Shown: positions 61,401 through 64,000 of the stretch, in pieces | Position numbering within the stretch: position 1 is the stretch's first letter | How the letters are laid out: every line of letters starts with the position of its first letter | Assembly (NCBI GenBank): GCA_949358305.1 | Contig: OX442314.1 | Span: forward strand, 2,480,001-2,544,000 | Reading direction: 5' to 3' | DNA: 64,000 bases | DNA from: Strigamia acuminata | Lineage: Eukaryota | The notes under the pieces: model-generated | Told to the model about the DNA's origin: nothing | What the model saw: the letters and a program-made list of their open reading frames with translations, nothing else | The model's database searches: none | Program-made: the position numbers and the translations under genes

Positions 61401-64000
61401 TTTTGTTTTGGTATTTTCTTCGCATATTTTGCGTGTTATTGAATCAATTTGATGCCAAAACGTTGTTTACACGTATTGTGCACGTATTGTAAAAGTATTT
61501 TGCATATTTGGTGCACGTACTGTTCACGTTATTGCAACCGGTCATTTTAACCGGTTTCGGCCGTTCTAGGTAGGCCGAAATTCCGGCCGTTCTAGTGTTA
61601 AACAGCGCCATCTAGTGTGAACATTAGTTATTACGGTGTTTATAACCGTCACAAATTGCTTATGTTATGATCATTTTTTTCAATGATTTGAAAGCTTTAA
61701 ACATAAATAATTTTTTTTTAGTTTAAAAATTTTTCAGAAACTTTAATAAATTGTGCTTCTCCAACATTTTTGTTGTTTTTGTTGTTTATAAACACCAATA
61801 ATCACAGAAACGGAATCTTTGAATACACCGGCTGTTACCAATAAATTTGCTCCACTTGATTGTTAGAAATATACCGTATACTCAAACAATGTGTGTAGTG
61901 TATGATTTGTAAATTGCAATATGGGATGCACGGTAATTAGTGGATGAATTACAAGTTACCTGCAATTGAAAGGTTGTTGCTCAAGTTTCTTTTCAAAGCA
62001 GTCTTCTTCACATCTTAAAACTTCATCATTTGGTCTGCAAGGACTTCTCGGGGTATTTAATCGAACAAGCTGGAAAGATTAATCAACTAAGTGGCAATTT
62101 GAACAGATTGAACAAATTGGGGCCCCAAATCAAAGAAAAATTTGATTTTGTCAAAACTGTCGATAATTTCTCAAAAGTGACAACAATTTATCAAATTTGA
62201 TAAATCCGTCAATTTACGGTCGGCGCATTCAATAGCACTCGTTAAACATTTTTTCTATTTATATTTTTTTAATCAAGAGATTTAAATGACAACTGATGCA
62301 GATTAAATTGGGTGCCATTTTTGAAATCTAATCACTCTATTTAAAATATTGCAATGGCTTTTCGAATGTGCTTATACTCTGGCTTAGGTTGGCCTTTCGC
62401 CCATTGGTCGAGCCACACACAAAAATAGACCAAAACACCAGAAATGCAATTCATGTTCACTACAAATTTTTTCAAAGTGAACCAAGTTCTAGATCGCGAA
62501 CTTGAACCAATAGTTCAGTTTACTTTTCAAAATTTGTTTTTAAATTGAAATTACAACACTCAGCCCTGATTGGCTGTCACATAAAACGTCTAGTGGACGT
62601 ATCATCAACATTTTCAAAATGTTGATGATATTTCCACTAGAAATGTCATTTTGTAAATTTCGAATTTGAATTTGAAATTAAAAAATTATCGAAAAAATTC
62701 AATTGAATTGAAATTGTCAAATTGAGTGACTAATACCAACAGCCTCTAGGAACTTCCCTGCAACACAATCACTGATTTATTTATATTTTAAGAACTTAAC
62801 AAAGTGAACGCAAACTTCGTTCACTTATAAAAGTGAACTAGTTCGCGATCTTAGTTCGCGAACGCGAACTAATAGTTTGCGTTCGATACAACACTGGTTG
62901 TAGTACAGTTTACAGTTAGAAGTAGTGAGACTCGGCCAATGGCAGAAAAGGCAACCTTATAGTGAGCCAGAGTATAGTGGAGTTATCATTTTTTGAATTC
63001 ACCGTTTGAGGGTTAAAGTTGACAAAAGCACTTAATTTGCTGGGTACATCAAAAAGATATTTCGGATGAAAAAATTGATTTGTTGGCAAAATGAAGTGCT
63101 GGAATACATAAAGTCAAATTAGTAACTACTGCAATTAACAGTGCGAAGGATGAACTTCTATCTCACTTCTCGTTTAAGAGGACAGTAGGGACTGGGCTGA
63201 TCGACAATCAATAGAAAGGTTCCTTTTCGAACAAATGGCCGGTCACCTGTGTACAAATATTTTAGTGAGAATTAAAAGAGACTTTTTTTTTTTTTTACCT
63301 TTATTGAATGCAGTACACATTCCATACACTGTTTGTTTTAATGAGAAGTTGGCAAAATAAAATGCAATATCCTCTGCTGTTGCCCCATACTATAAGTTTG
63401 TTAAATTTTTACACTTTTGAATTGATAATTTAATATTCTGATTTTTTTTTACCTTGATTGCAGATCTTCGGTCTTTGTCGTATAAATCAAGACGAGACGA
63501 GACATTCCATAATTGCAGTGTTTGATTTGCGAATTCAGATAGTGGATGGAGTAAATCCAACAGTTGTAAATGATCACAATCAGTTGTGTTGAGTTTTTGG
63601 GCTAAGTCCTTTTTAGCAGCTGATATGATTGTACTATCTGTACATGCAATGATGAGTGGAAAATGAATTTTTTCATCTCTAATGAGTTTAACAGTTTTCA
63701 AGAGTTGAAATTGAAAATATGAATCAATCAAATGGTAAATGTAGTAGACAGATATCAAGCCAAAGAATAGTGAAGTTGTGATTTTGATCACTTTTTGAAC
63801 AAAAGTTGGTTTTCGGTTATTCTGTATCTTTTCAAGTGACATTTCAATTTTATCTGTCAACTTGGAATTTGCTGTTGTTGGTTTGTTGGTGCATGTTTTG
63901 CATGAGTGAATGAATATTTCGACCAAAGTCAAGCAAGACATGCCGAAATAGAGGCCGATGTTTCCTCCAATGTCGCATAGCAAATTGATGATGTCATAAG
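55432..64000 (-). CDS. Second concatenated DEG/ENaC gene, 3' portion; 5' part lies outside the window
   Basis: Junction exon 63453->64000 (LCDIGGNIGLYFGMS...TM1...FPLIIAC), then 63299-63389 (TVYGMCTAFN), 63167-63246, 63003-63098 (HFILP), 61960-62069 (thumb) and last exon 55432-55771 (CQIGSIIGILTGFS*). Phases are consistent; four exons are duplicated at 57843-59271. Confidence 0.88.
55933..57536. mobile_element. Solo LTR (1.6 kb); duplicated at 59413-61653
   Basis: TGTGACGA...CGTCACA ends; 4-bp TSD AATT; same family as 32451-36270. Confidence 0.88.
60965..61597. mobile_element. piggyBac-like (TTAA-specific) MITE
   Basis: TTAA|CACTAGAACGGCC ... GGCCGTTCTAGTG|TTAA; the empty TTAA site is present in the other duplicate at 57481-57484. 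Confidence 0.93.

Larger units (their letters stand above)
55833..63428. repeat. Near-identical 3.48-kb tandem duplication (55833-59310 and 59313-63428)
   Basis: Offset 3480 bp. By eye the copies differ by a MITE, two substitutions and one poly-T length. Confidence 0.97.

Overview
Animal (invertebrate, probably arthropod-like) genomic DNA with short AT-rich GT-AG introns; not prokaryotic. The first ~18 kb holds four intact-looking GC/CpG-rich genes: a secreted WAP/thyroglobulin-1/antistasin protein (runs off the left edge), a double-MYND + DUF4470-like protein, a ZC2HC1-family C2HC zinc-finger gene, and MLH3 head-to-head with it. From ~18.5 kb the window is AT-rich and TE-dense: nested MITEs, a deleted Ty3/gypsy element, solo LTRs and a Tc1 relic. 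It also has scrambled gene fragments, an unannotated two-exon defensin-like gene, an LRR gene, an RNF8-like gene and a 10-finger C2H2 gene. The main observation is two paralogous DEG/ENaC loci in which one exon carries the TM2 of one channel subunit straight into the TM1 of the next. Exon-by-exon reconstruction finds three thumb exons in the left (damaged) copy. This points to a naturally concatenated, possibly single-chain trimeric, DEG/ENaC channel family. All calls are from manual reading; no database searches were run.
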